From: the human T2T-CHM13v2.0 reference genome, Homo sapiens
Reading direction: 5' to 3' (one strand)
DNA: 64,000 nt
NCBI RefSeq assembly: GCF_009914755.1
Contig: NC_060932.1
The notes under the pieces were generated by a model, which saw only the letters and a program-made list of their open reading frames with translations, had not been told where the DNA came from and did not search any database. Below are positions 1 through 14,430 of the stretch, piece after piece. The position numbers were made by a program, and so were the translations under genes. Each line of letters opens with the position of its first letter. The first letter of the stretch is position 1.

Positions 1-629
1 AAGCCGGGTGCGGAGTGTGGGTGTGTGAGGGAGCAGCAGTGGCCTCCAGCAGATGAAGTGTTAATGTACGGAGGATGGAGACCAGCTGCTTCCCAGCCCC
101 ACTGAGAACAGCCCTACAGAAAAGGCTCAAGGGCACCAGGAGAGCTTGAGGGGCTATGGGGAGGTTTCATGGCAGGGTGGGCCGATGCCTCAGGGAGTGG
201 AGCCCACAGGATTTCTGGAAGAAATTGGGAAATGGCTGAGAAGATTTTTTATGTGCTTTGCACAACTCCTGAATGACGGTAGTTTTAAATATACCATTGG
301 AATATTTAGCACATGATCACAGTCTTCTTCAACAGACCTCTGCTATGTGCCTACAAGGTATAAATCTCTTGCTGAGTGTGGTACAGCAGCTCCTCCTCAC
401 TCCCCTGGTGCCATGGAAAATGCAAAGTCTTTGCAGCCCAAAGACTCTGGGTTTGTATTTCAGTTTTGCAACTTGCCACCTTTGTTACTTTGGGCCCATT
501 ATCCAACCTTTCTGAGTTTAATATCCTTATTCATGAAATACCAACTTCAGAGATAAATTGTAACCATTGAAGAAGATCAAATATATCAGTTTCCTTGTAC
601 AAGAGCAGGTATGGACATTTAATGATAAC

Positions 630-830
630 ATTGAGAGCTCATTATTATGATATATGAGGCAAAGTACTGTTGAGTACTTTATTTATAATACTGAGATTCT
701 ATTTCTATTTTACACAATAGGAAACGGATACATAACTTGCATAAGGACATAAAGACAACAAGTGGTGAGGCAGTGATGCAATGAATGCATTTGTTGGATT
801 TAAGAACTTGTGCTTTCCTCACTATAACAC
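630..830 (-). mobile_element. MIR SINE relic
   Basis: Degenerate reverse-complement MIR core (attttacacaataggaaacgg...aagtggtgaggcag); boundaries approximate. Confidence 0.4.
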
Positions 831-1457
831 AGAGCCCTAGATTATATGAAACAAATTAAAGATACTGAGAATGCTTATGTGCATATGTACATGTTGTTAA
901 AACCGTAGTTTCCCAAGCACAGGCTTTCAAAATGTTTATTAAACCTTGTCTATACGCACTCTATTTACCCCACTTCTTCACTTTCTTGGACATCCAATCT
1001 ATTTTGGGGATCTGTCATCACTAGGAGACACCAGTAAATTTGCTTCAAGGATCTCTCAGAAATTATCGATCCTATGCAATAAAGGGAAATATGATAAATT
1101 TCTTTTAGATATGTGAGCAATTTTTACCAATTTTTGTCATTTTATTGGTATATTCATTCAACAAACATTTGTTGATATTTGTGTTCTAGATGGTGGGCTG
1201 GGTAATAGGAATTTCTGCTTTAAGGTTGTTTTGTGTAGTGAAAAAGACATTAACAAAAGATTGTGATATAATGAGGTAAGTGATATCATATAAATGGTAT
1301 AAAGCTCCCAGAGGAGGTGAATTTGGTAAAGTATTTCAAAGTAATTGACATTTGATTCCGGTCTTATGTATGTATATAGGAGAGCAGACTTTTACCAAGT
1401 GCAAGATCTTGGTAAAAATTCTAAAAACTCTAAAAATTTACTTGAGATGTATCTTAC

Positions 1458-1591
1458 GCCGGGTGCAGTGGCTCATGCCTATAATCTCAGCACGTTGGGA
1501 GGCCCAGGCAGGTGGATCACGAGGTCAGCAGTTCAAGAGCAGCCTGACCAACATGGTGAAACCCTGTTTCTACTAAAAATACAAAAATTAG
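1458..1591 (+). mobile_element. AluS (AluSg-like) left arm, split from its right arm by the retrocopy
   Basis: GCCGGGTGCAGTGGCTCATGCC...GGATCACGAGGTCAG...TCTACTAAAAATACAAAAATTAG, then an abrupt switch to non-Alu sequence at the linker. Confidence 0.9.
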
Positions 1592-2069
1592 GGAGCTGAG
1601 AGGGAGCTTTAAGGGGCGGATGGGCAGCAGGTCAGGGTCCTCCGGGGATTAGAACAGGTGGCCATGCTGTGGGTGACATTTCTTGGTGTCTCCTGAGGAG
1701 CCGCCCCCTCGTCAGCCTTGCTCAGCTCTTCATCTCTCTGGTCGCTATCACCGGGGACATGCCGTCCCCAGCTCAGTGACAAAAATGCTGAGTTTCTTCC
1801 GTAGAACACTAGGGAGTCGGTCTATGGGTAAACATGCAGAGAAGGAACGACTCCGAGAAGCACAATGCGCTGCCACACATATTCCTGCCCCTGGAGATTC
1901 CAGGTCCATCATCACGTGTCAGGTGTCCCTTCTGGATGGTACTGATGTTAGTGTGGACTTGCCAAAAAAAGCCAAAGGGCAAGAGTTGTTTGATCAGATT
2001 ATGTATCACCTGGATCTTATTGAAAGTGGCTATTTTGATCTGAGATTTATGGATTCAGCACAAGTAGCA

Positions 2070-2081
<12 letters not shown>
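1592..2081 (+). pseudogene. EPB41L5: Processed pseudogene of EPB41L5 (5' UTR-like leader plus first 95 codons, N-terminal part of the FERM domain)
   Basis: ATG at 1785 gives [10 protein letters not shown]...[54 protein letters not shown], matching the EPB41L5 N-terminus with about 8 substitutions versus the sequence as I recall it. Intronless; homology stops at 2069, TAA at 2079-2081. Confidence 0.9.
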
Positions 2082-3845
<1,764 letters not shown>

Positions 3846-3867
3846 AATAAACGTAGTGTGGATTTTA

Positions 3868-4041
<174 letters not shown>

Positions 4042-5469
4042 CAATGTCTTAATATCTGCTTACCTTAATTCAGATCCATGATACCTTAATGAAAGTAAAA
4101 CATTTTAAACATGAAATTAGAATGATGAGAATGAAGTCAAATAAATTACAAAAATATTACTACTAATTCTTCACTAAGAAATTAAATAATGAATAGACTT
4201 TTCCTCTTAGAAAGCTGATTAGATTTTGGACACCAAGACACTACTTGCCTGTAGACCTACAAATGAGGAAGGGAAACAGGAGTAGATATGATTCCTGGGA
4301 TAGCCAACCAGAACATCCAAGAAGGCTTGACTCACTCACACTTCCCCTTGCCAGATGTTTCTACATGCTAGCTGGCTTGGAAACTTCTAGACAATCATTG
4401 GCAATCATTTTTATACCATATACATTTAGCTAAATTGGTACTTTTATAAGTTTAGAATGCTCCAGTCAAGCTATCAGCCATTTTTTCATATCCATAAACT
4501 GCTATTTCAAATAATTTTGCTTCTAAAAAATATGTATTGCAATGTCAAAAAATTAAAGCAGAATACTTGGGAAGCCTTTTTTTAGTCAAATGCACCCCCT
4601 TTTATATGGTGGCTGAAAATGTAAATGTAACATACAGTGGAAGGAATGCGAACATTAAGGGAATAGTATTGGTATTTATTGTTGGTCATTTGCTAGGGGC
4701 CTGCTACCAACATCTTTGAGATACAGGTTCTGGCATTTATTGGTATAATATTACAAAGATATTAAAAGGAAAAAGATGATTCTCCAAGTTCTGATCAAAT
4801 CACCAGAGAGATGTGATGAACAGAAGCAGGACTCTTCTTCTTTTAGTAGGTTTAGGAGTTTGAATTCAAATATATATTTGGCTAACTTTCACAGTTCCTA
4901 TGATGGTTAGGATTTTTGCATGTGAGTTACTACACATGCATTTATTTAGCATCTACACATGCATATGTGTATGAATGCATGGTCATGTTATACTTTCTCC
5001 AGTACACATTAGGTTTGAGTGTGGGCTTGTCCAACGTGTTCAAATACCTTAAAAGGTAATTTCCACTGCTCACTGACCTGTTCCTATCAAACACATCACT
5101 TATTTTATATATTACTAGATGCGGGGTTTTCTTTGCATGGTTTAACTTTCCAACTTGTGTAATTTATAGTAAATCGTTTCTCCTGGTCTTTTCATGCAGT
5201 TTGTATTCTTTTCCCTCATATATCTCTTTACATAATATTTCTTTTAAAAATCTTAAACTGTTACAGTGTGTAGGTAATAATAAAAGTGATTGTATTTTTT
5301 GTCTTCATAAAACAAACTTAATAAAGTCAACATGAAAAATTTTGAAAAGTATTTTTAACTATTAGTAATACAACTAGTTTTGCACCCAGAAAGTGTGATT
5401 TTTGTTAAAGTGGTATGCTAACAAACCACCGTCATGTCTCTTCTGAATGTGACACTACTATCTTGAGTA

Positions 5470-6676
5470 AAAATAATACTAGCAGCTTACTTTATTATAA
5501 TCTAACACATAAAATAACACTTCAGATGCATAATAAGCATTATTCATTTTTTTCTTGTTAACAAACAATTCTTTGTACAGTGGTTTGGTACTAATCATGA
5601 AGCAAGTAAAGTCTCTGAAAATAGTATACAAACGAGATTTTAAATCAAAACTGTTTATTGTAAAAAAAACTTGAAAATTGTTTTTTAAAAAAGAAACATT
5701 GATTTCACAAGTCTTCAGGTTGTTTATAGACATAGCTATAGACAACATCTCAGTTTCATACAGAACTCATTCAATCATATAAAAATAAACACAAATTTAC
5801 ATTGACTCATCAACTATACAATTTAAAAAGGCACTTGGAAGGGGTATTGTATTATTGCATTTGTGGTATGCATTTGAAATAGTTTAAGTACATTAATGAA
5901 TTTGTAAGAATCCTCTTTTGCACTTATTCCCATCTTTAATTAATTTTCAAAAATTATTAAAATGTTTTAAAATAGTAAGACAATGGAGCATGCGCCAGGA
6001 ATGTTCAAAGCTAATCTTTCCCTCCTCCCCCAAGGCACATACTGTTAATTGGCAAAAACAAAACAAAACAAAAATACTTTTAATACATTCTCCTGTGTTT
6101 TGTTCTTGTTATTTTTTTCCTCCCTTTTAAAAATATACTTTAAAGCACTACAGGTAATCAAAAAAAGGCTTTAGTTCAACAATGGCAACCAGACAACCGA
6201 CATGTAATGGAGTAAACTTGGAATACTTTTTAAGGCACCTGAGTTCGCGTCTGGCAGATCTCTTCCTATGGGAAATCCTATTACAGACTCTATTACAAAG
6301 CAATACTGTTCTTTTCAGTTGAAATGATTTGGCAGCAATGTAAATCTTTGCATTTTTTTAGGAAGAAAAGATGCAATGTGCTTTTCATTTTATCTTTGAA
6401 GAGAAAGGTTACTGTCTTTTATTCTCTCAATCTAGCCATCAGCAAATATATAGTAATTTTAAACTTCACATGGAAAGGATTATCTTTAAACACATGAATT
6501 CCATGCTCTTGCAGCTCTCTCTCTGTGGGTGTGTGTGTGTGTGTGTGCATATGTGTGTGTGTCTATACATATTATTTGGTTGGTCAGCACAGGAGAAAAT
6601 GCCTTTGGACTTTATTTGTCATTTGGCTTCGGAGTGAAGAAATGCATTCTGTTCGAGTAAACATTGATTGCGTCAC
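5470..6676 (-). other. SNAI2: SNAI2 3' UTR
   Basis: Follows the TGA; minus-strand AATAAA signals at 5654-5659 and 5491-5496; AU-rich; (CA)n at about 6529-6562. 3' end approximate. Confidence 0.8.
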
Positions 6677-6858
6677 TCAGTGTGCTACACAGCAGCCAGA
6701 TTCCTCATGTTTGTGCAGGAGAGACATTCTGGAGAAGGTTTTGGAGCAGTTTTTGCACTGGTATTTCTTTACATCAGAATGGGTCTGCAGATGAGCCCTC
6801 AGATTTGACCTGTCTGCAAATGCTCTGTTGCAGTGAGGGCAAGAAAAAGGCTTCTCCC
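6677..6858 (-). CDS. SNAI2: SNAI2 coding exon 3 (zinc fingers 4-5, stop)
   Basis: AG acceptor at 6860-6859; [60 protein letters not shown] then TGA at 6679-6677. 79+546+182=807 nt, 268 aa. Confidence 0.97.
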
Positions 6859-7765
6859 CTGGGGGTGGAGTGGGAGAAAAAAAGAAAGACAGTCAGTGTT
6901 TTTAGAGGAAACATAAAGTAAAATCATGTTAACAAAAGTCAATCACATTTTGCTTAAATAATGAGAAGCAGCAAAACCTGATTAAAATCCCTCATAATAG
7001 ACACTTTTAAAAATACCTGAATTTTTAAGATAAACTTGAATATTGCATTTAAAAATCATACACGAATATTATTACTGCTGCCAATCATACAGAAATAATT
7101 TACGTAGTTCTTGGACTTTCACTTCTTAAAGCTTTCTGCTTTAGCAGATGCAGCTAATGTTGAGCACCTCCCAACATTTCCCAATATTTCCCCTTTTCCC
7201 TCTTTCTGTACTATGATTAAGGTGGTCTAAGTGCCATGATACCCTGCAGAATAATTCTGTGATACGAATAAGAAATTAAGGAGCAAAAAATCCCCAAACA
7301 AAGCAAGAGAGGCAAAGTAAATTTAGTTTCAACTATCCAAGTCACCCACGGGTGACAAATATCAGAGCAAGAATGTAACTAACAGAAAACTGTAGGAAAA
7401 GCCTTCATCTATTAACCAAATCAATTGATTAAGATAGCAACATTTGTATTTGCTGATTACTGGGGGCAGTTTCACAGAACACACATTCAAGCACATCTTT
7501 CCTGATTTTCTAACTGATCTTTGAGACCAAACCTTCTGAATCTACTTTCCAAAGTCTACATGCTGTTTGCAGTCCCTGGAGCAGAGGTTGTTAGCAAGAA
7601 ATGGAGCACTTTGTGCCCTAACAACTTTTTGAGTAGTCAGGAAGTAGCTATCAATGACTGTCCATCATTAAAAGCACTATGTCACAACTTCATGCAAATC
7701 CAACAGCCAGCCCAGGGCTTCATTGTATCTCAGAGTAACATTCCTGCCTATGGTTTTTCTCTTAC

Positions 7766-8311
7766 CCGTGTGAGTTCTAATGTGTCCTTGAAGCAACCAG
7801 GGTCTGGAAAACGCCTTGCCGCAGATCTTGCAAACACAAGGTAATGTGTGGGTCCGAATATGCATCTTCAGGGCGCCCAGGCTCACATATTCCTTGTCAC
7901 AGTATTTACAGCTGAAAGATTTTCTAGACTGGGCATCGCAGTGCAGCTGCTTATGTTTGGCCAGCCCAGAAAAAGTTGAATAGGTCTTATTGCATAAATT
8001 GCACTGAAACTTTTCAGCTTCAATGGCATGGGGGTCTGAAAGCTTGGACTGTAGTCTTTCCTCTTCATCACTAATGGGGCTTTCTGAGCCACTGTGGTCC
8101 TTGGAGGAGGTGTCAGATGGAGGAGGGGGACTCACTCGCCCCAAAGATGAGGAGTATCCGGAAAGAGGAGAGAGGCCATTGGGTAGCTGGGCGTGGAATG
8201 GAGCAGCGGTAGTCCACACAGTGATGGGGCTGTATGCTCCTGAGCTGAGGATCTCTGGTTGTGGTATGACAGGCATGGAGTAACTCTCATAGAGATACGG
8301 GGAAATAATCA
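7766..8311 (-). CDS. SNAI2: SNAI2 coding exon 2 (SLUG domain, zinc fingers 1-3)
   Basis: AG acceptor 8313-8312, GT donor 7765-7764; [26 protein letters not shown] domain and three C2H2 fingers. Confidence 0.98.
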
Positions 8312-9056
8312 CTGGGAAAGAAAAGGGAGGGAGAGAAGATTAAGGCAAAAATAATTAAAAATAAATCCACACGCAAGTATACACACACTGGAAAGATATT
8401 TAGCAACACACACGTGATTTTCTTAGGAAGAAGATAGACCCATTTAGGAGGGCATACACACTGGTAAAATGTTTCATTTCCACCCTGGCACCTACGGAGT
8501 TACTGTACTTAATGCACACATAGGCTGACAGCTGCACGGAGCTATAGGTGCTCTGAAGTCAGACAGTGCAGCCAAGCCAGTGCCTTCGCCGTCCCCATTG
8601 AGGAAGGAGAGCCTCAACATTATTTTTAAACATACAGAAAAGTTGTTTTCCATGTTACGTATGGGCTATTTAGGTGTATTACGACCGTGAGTACAAAGAT
8701 ATGCCTGCATCAAGCCGCCTTCTAAAGGAAAGGAGACTTAGTGCATGAAAAACGCAGTAATTCAATCCTTATGTTGCTCATCTTTCACATACTCATTATG
8801 CATGTATACACAGGCTTTAGCAAACGAAGCTGCGAGATTTGAATGAAATGTTCCTTGTTAGTCAAGAATTTTAAAAGTTTTGAATTAAAACGAACCCTAA
8901 ATGATCAAAAGAATGTAAGCTCCCTTTCAGGACACTGTTAAAAAGGAAAACAGTTGAATCTTTGGCTCTTTTGTAATGGTATTTGAAGGGTAATACGTAG
9001 ATTCATATTTGCAAAGCTCTAGATACGTAGTTCTAGATATATTTTTCTCTTTTTAC

Positions 9057-9135
9057 CTGTATGTGTGTCCAGTTCGCTGTAGTTTGGCTTTTTGGAGGCG
9101 TTGAAATGCTTCTTGACCAGGAAGGAGCGCGGCAT
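9057..9135 (-). CDS. SNAI2: SNAI2 coding exon 1 (SNAG repression domain)
   Basis: ATG at 9135; MPRSFLVKKHFNASKKPNYSELDTHT; donor ACAG|GTAAAA at 9057/9056, phase 1. Confidence 0.97.
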
Positions 9136-9960
9136 CTTGCCAGCGGGTCTGGCGGGCGCCCGGCGCGGATAACGGTCCGGCGGGAGGACACGGCGGTCCC
9201 TACAGCATCGCGGCGGGCCAGGCTCGGGCAGGGGCCGTGCTCAGGTGCGGCAGACGGACGGGCCGGCGCCTCTGAAGTCACCCGGCTCCTTTACGAACTG
9301 AGCCCGTTTTGGCTGGGAGGGTTTTTTTTTCCTCTCTTTTGCAAGAAAGATCCAATCACAGCTGAGAGGTTCAGATTTCAGCTCCTCCCTCTGGGACAGC
9401 TGTGAACAGAGGAAGAATCTGTTGTCAGACTAAATTATTCTGGTTCAAAATGGGCTGTTTTTTGAGATTTCAGTGGAGAGGAAAAAAAGTGTTTAAGTAT
9501 TTTCAAGAGAGGTAACCTCGCTCGGTGAGCCCCGCCCGCGATCCACGCTCTCTGGGAGCTAGGAGGGGCGCAGGAGCCGGGGTCTCTGCCCTGCCCGCCT
9601 GGCTTCCAGATGTGGTGCAGCGCCAGCGCGCGGGGACACAGTGTCCGCCAGGAGAAGGAAGGGCCGCCCTGCACCACACCAGGCCAGCCTCTGGTGTTAA
9701 TGAGAGCCTATATTTGGAAGTGGCATCTGGAGAGGTTTGCCTTGCACAAAGACCAAATAATTACCTCTTGGCTTTTGAAAAAGGAAGGGGGAAGCGGGAA
9801 GACAAAGGCGCCTGTGAGCGCGGAGGACGCTCTCCTGGGACTCTGGCCTGGAGCGGGACTGCAGCCTTGCGTGCGGCGAGGGCGCTGCGCTACTCAGGGC
9901 TTCCGCGAAGCCAGGGGCAGCGCGGCCGCGTGCAAATTAAGTACTCATGTCACCGTGTTA
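9100..9960 (-). promoter_or_regulatory. SNAI2: SNAI2 CpG island, 5' UTR (about 9136-9310) and proximal promoter
   Basis: Dense CpG/GC; CCAAT at 9352-9356; E2-box CAGGTG at 9242-9247; CAGAC at 9426-9430. TSS near 9300-9310 is from memory of the mRNA. Confidence 0.85.
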
Positions 9961-12900
9961 GCTATGGTGGCTTGAAAGAAATGCTTTGTAGCCCTCTAAA
10001 GGCAGGCTGATCGGAAGAACTGGAAGATTGCAAAGATAAAAAGGAACTCTGGCAGAGAAGGGGGGCAAGAGGTAACTGTCATTTGGAACCACCGGACATT
10101 CTCTCACACTTTTGACAAGAGATCTTATCTTTTCATGTATTACAGTGCATCTTTTTTTTTATGGGAAAAAGGGTTGTATGGGTCTTTAGAGACAATTATT
10201 TTTATTTCTAATATTCCCCTGCTTTTATGTGGTGCTATTTTCATCAGTATAAAGCCATTAAAATCCATCTCAGTATCTACCAGTTTCCTGTATAATGCTA
10301 AAAAAGAAATTGAAGGATATTATTATGAATATAGATTGATTAAAGTTTTAAGAACCCAGTCTAGTAACTGCAAAAACACCTTTATTTTGTGTATGGTCTT
10401 CAATCTAAAAATACTTTCAGGTGGTTTATTTTAAATATAAAATTTCAAGCATATTTTAAAGCATCTCTGTCCATTGCAGACTTTTATCCCTATCTTTTGC
10501 TAAAAGAATAAGGAAAGAACAAATTCACATGAAGATCACCCTACTCTTGTTTCTAACAGGTGCTGGAGGAAAAAAGTGAAAAAGAAAATAACAGTGGTGA
10601 TGTCAAGACTTGTCAGAGAAAAGTGCATTGTCAGGTTGCATAACTTCTTAATCTTGGAATGAGAAAACAAGAGTGTATGTGTGTTTGGAGGGTGAGGTGG
10701 GGCACTCACAGATTTCCTAAGCTAATTTCAATGATTATTCTTATTTCTTCCAACAGTCACTAATTTAAATGTCAAACAGAGAAAATAATTCAAAGGAATC
10801 CTTATGCTAATGGAACTGTACTTGCAGGAGAGAGGAAAATATGAATACATATTCGATTTCTCCACACACAAACTGGAACCTGGAGTAAAAGCCAGAGGCA
10901 GTTTTCTAAGCTTGCTACTCTATGTGAGGGTTTGTTCGGATGTAGGCACCTGGGTTTATGAGAGCAGGAGTCCTCCTTGCTTTTCACTCCATTTCCCACA
11001 AAACACACATTTTTGTTACAGATATAGCACAGTTGAGAAAACACATATCGCCATGGCTATTATTTCCTTGTTTCACTCTACACAGTCTATTCACAACAAA
11101 GAAGAGTGTTAGACAATGTTTTGGTATTTATTTGCTGGTAGTTATAACACAAGATCATCTACTAAAATGTGTATTCAAAAATCCATTTACAACGTTTAAT
11201 AATAATTCACTATGCATGAAAAAAGCTTACATTTGGATCACAGAGGCATAATCCAGCCCAGCCCCATCAGCAGGTATCCGAGGGTGCACTGCACAGATCG
11301 GCGTCAGGACGTGCGGCCACACCTACTGTGAGGAGAGGATGGGGCTCGGGTCTGTGCATGGGGCATGTCATTACACAGATCCGCGTGCTAGCGAGTAACA
11401 CGTATGCCCGTGTGAGGTCTGGGCCGCTGTCAGAGCAGGGCGAGTCTGCGCGCTGATGGCGTGAGTCAGACGAAACAGGTGCTCTGCTCAGACACAGCGG
11501 AGGGCATGTGGCGCCAGCACCATGTGGTAAAAACGCAAGCCGGGAAGTCAAGGCCACACCCAAAGGCCAGCTGCTGGGACTCTGCTAAGACAAGACAGAG
11601 GTTTCCTTTCCTTCTGCCAGCCAGAGGGCTCATCTGGAGGGGTTGGCTTTGGTCGTTGACAAAAAGACTTTCTCTTGCCCAGGGACAGAAATCTTTGTGG
11701 AGGCAACTGCACCAGATTTTAAAGCTTTCATTCTGGAATCCAATAGAAGTCAAATCAATGACTGAGGGGGAAAAATGGAACAAGCAAACCCAAGTGGGTT
11801 TGCTAATCCAAGGATTCAGTCCTAGGTTGGTGAGAAATTGGTGCTCCATAATTAGGCTGATTGGGTTTATCAGCCTAATTTATTTCATAACAATTAAATA
11901 AATGGTGCTTGTTCTTAGAGCCACGTGGACACAGCCCAGCCAGGGTGAAGCCAGTGGGCACGGGTAAGACAAAAGGAAGGCACAAGCTCTGCTCTTAGGC
12001 TCTTGAGAGTTTAATGTAGTGTAGGGAGAAAAAAGGAACTCTGGAGGCCATAGTGAGGCTTAAAAAATAATCCTTCCTAGGCTTGAGCCACACTGGCGAG
12101 ACTCCATGGCATGGGTTGTGCGGGTTGCCTGGCACCCCAGACACCCGTATAATCTAATTCCTTAATTGCCATGATGTGATTTGATGTGACGTACCTGACA
12201 GGCTCTCATTTTCTCTGTTTTCTGAAGAAGCTGACCAAGATAACTTGTGGAAAACTTTGTAAGTTAAAGATCTGGGCCAGCCTTCCCCACAGGCTCCCTG
12301 GATGGGTGGGGTTTCTCCCGGAGCCAGTTTTCTTCATGAAAGACACATTCTTGCCCTGCCAAGTAGGGGAATAAATTAGATCCGTGAGGTTTGGGAACGC
12401 ACCTTGGGTTTCTTTACTTTGCGTGGAGATTTGTACACATTTAGGTATTTAGGTGTGTAAAAAGCAGTGCAAGTATTGACTACCATGTTTAGGAAATGGA
12501 GTAGTAAATCTAGCACCAGAAGAAACCAGAGTGTGGCATAGGCTGAAAAATCCCATTTTATGCTGTGTCCTATCTCCTAAAATGAAAGGCATCTCTTTCT
12601 AAGTTTGGTGTGTGGTATGATCACTCTGGAGGGGGTTCATATCTCCTCAATTCATATGCATATTCATATCCCTTGAAAAATATGAAGTGATGAAATATCA
12701 TGAGTTTGGCTGTGCTATCTGGAGAATATTATAATACATTAGTAATTTTAAAAATCTATTTACATAGAAACAAAGCATTTATTAAATATAACTTTGAAGT
12801 TTGAATGACAAGGGTGTGATGCCATTTTGTGGGTTTTTAACATACACATATCTGTATGTAAAAGGATTTAGGAAGAAATATTCCTAAATTTCCTTTTGGA

Positions 12901-14184
12901 AAATTGTCAGAGCGGGCATGGGATTCTGCTTATATATTCTGAGCTCCACAATAAGGAGAACCTCTTTTCTCAAAGGGAATGGATGGCACTCGCCTATGCA
13001 CTCCACATATGTAAGTATATGTGCTTGGTGATGTCAACAGGGCCAAATATGAGCATGAACACACCTTTGTGTGAGCACTCACATGTCTGAATGTTGGGAA
13101 AATAATAGCCAAAAATGGTGTCAGGATGTCCCTCTGCTGTTTAGGAGTTTCCATTATTTCCTGCGTGTTCCCAGTGTCATGTTCAGCAGGCCAATAGCCA
13201 CTAGGCATCTGCGTCTGTCTGGAGTTAGTGCTAATGCCAATAGCTCAATAAGTACCATCACATATGATCAGTAAATATTTAAGATCACTCCAAACAGAAA
13301 ACCCTTAACTTGGGAACAGCATTTTAATGAAATCTGCTTTCTGCCAAGTCACTTGTGTTCAGAATCTTATTCCTAGTTATGTTTGTATGATCTCATTTCC
13401 CTTTGGGTGGATAGAATATGGTTAAGTGCATCATGAAAAGTAAGAGATATTCATCTCTTCAGTGTTCTGTGTGTACCTTGTGGAAAGTGTTGATGATATT
13501 ATCTGTAAAATGAAAAAGAAAGACTAGGGAGTGTTGAATTTGTGTGTATTTTAAGCGACAGCTCAGGGATATGTGGTTGCAAAGAGACATCTATTGGTCA
13601 GCTTCAGAAGACTCATTATTTTCTTTGTCTTTCTTTCCTTTTCCGTAACTTTTTAACAAGGTCTGCCACCTAGTGGAAAATGGGTGGATTTGACTCAACC
13701 CTGAGAACATCAACCTGACCTTGTTTTGCAATTGCCACAATTTCAGATGGACATTATATAAATTTGTTGAACTTATTAATGTACTCATAATTCAAAGTGA
13801 CACATTTGTATTTGTAGAAATATGCACAACATTTACACAACAAATTATGATGATTTTATAAGATAGGCGAGAAAGGGAATGTTATGACGTCATCAGTCTG
13901 TGCAGTCAAGAAGGAAGTAGGCAGAAACAGCTAGCATTACACTGGAGGCAAGTGAGCAACCTTCTGGACTCTTTGTTATGTTTGCATGATAACCTCCAAG
14001 GTAGAGGAATTTTAAAAATGGGAAACCAAGCCTGAGCCCAGTTTCCAGGGCATTCAGAATGATTTCTTCTTAGTCTGTCTGCCTCCAAGGCTATGTACTT
14101 CGTTGCTGGAATCTGCTATCCCATTTGGTTTGCTTAAAGGACACTCAGTGCCCAACAGTGTGTGGCATTATGGGTAGTGATAAG

Positions 14185-14430
14185 AGCTGCTATTCTTCAT
14201 GATTAATATGATTGTCTGTCTACTATGCTAAGCACTTCACACGCATTATTTTAATGCATGCCTCCAAAGTAGCTTATTTTGCAAGGTAGAAGTTATCCCT
14301 ACTTACAGATGAAGAAATGAAGACACAAGGAAGTTAATTATCTTGGTCAAATCACACTGCTAGTAAGGAGTACTTAGAGGTCGCACTTGAATCTAGACCT
14401 GTTTAACTTCAAATCCCATGCATTTCACTA
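14185..14430 (-). mobile_element. MIR SINE
   Basis: ttacagatgaagaaatgaagacacaaggaagttaattatcttggtcaaatcacactgctagtaag resembles the reverse-complemented MIR core. Confidence 0.7.

Noticed and set aside
1683-1784. N-terminal extension of the EPB41L5 retrocopy ORF
   Set aside because: Starts at a non-ATG codon within 5' UTR-derived sequence; the authentic start is the ATG at 1785.
9061-10010. Plus-strand ORFs of 114-161 aa over the SNAI2 promoter
   Set aside because: Expected in GC-rich, stop-poor CpG islands; Ala/Arg/Gly-rich with no recognisable domain.
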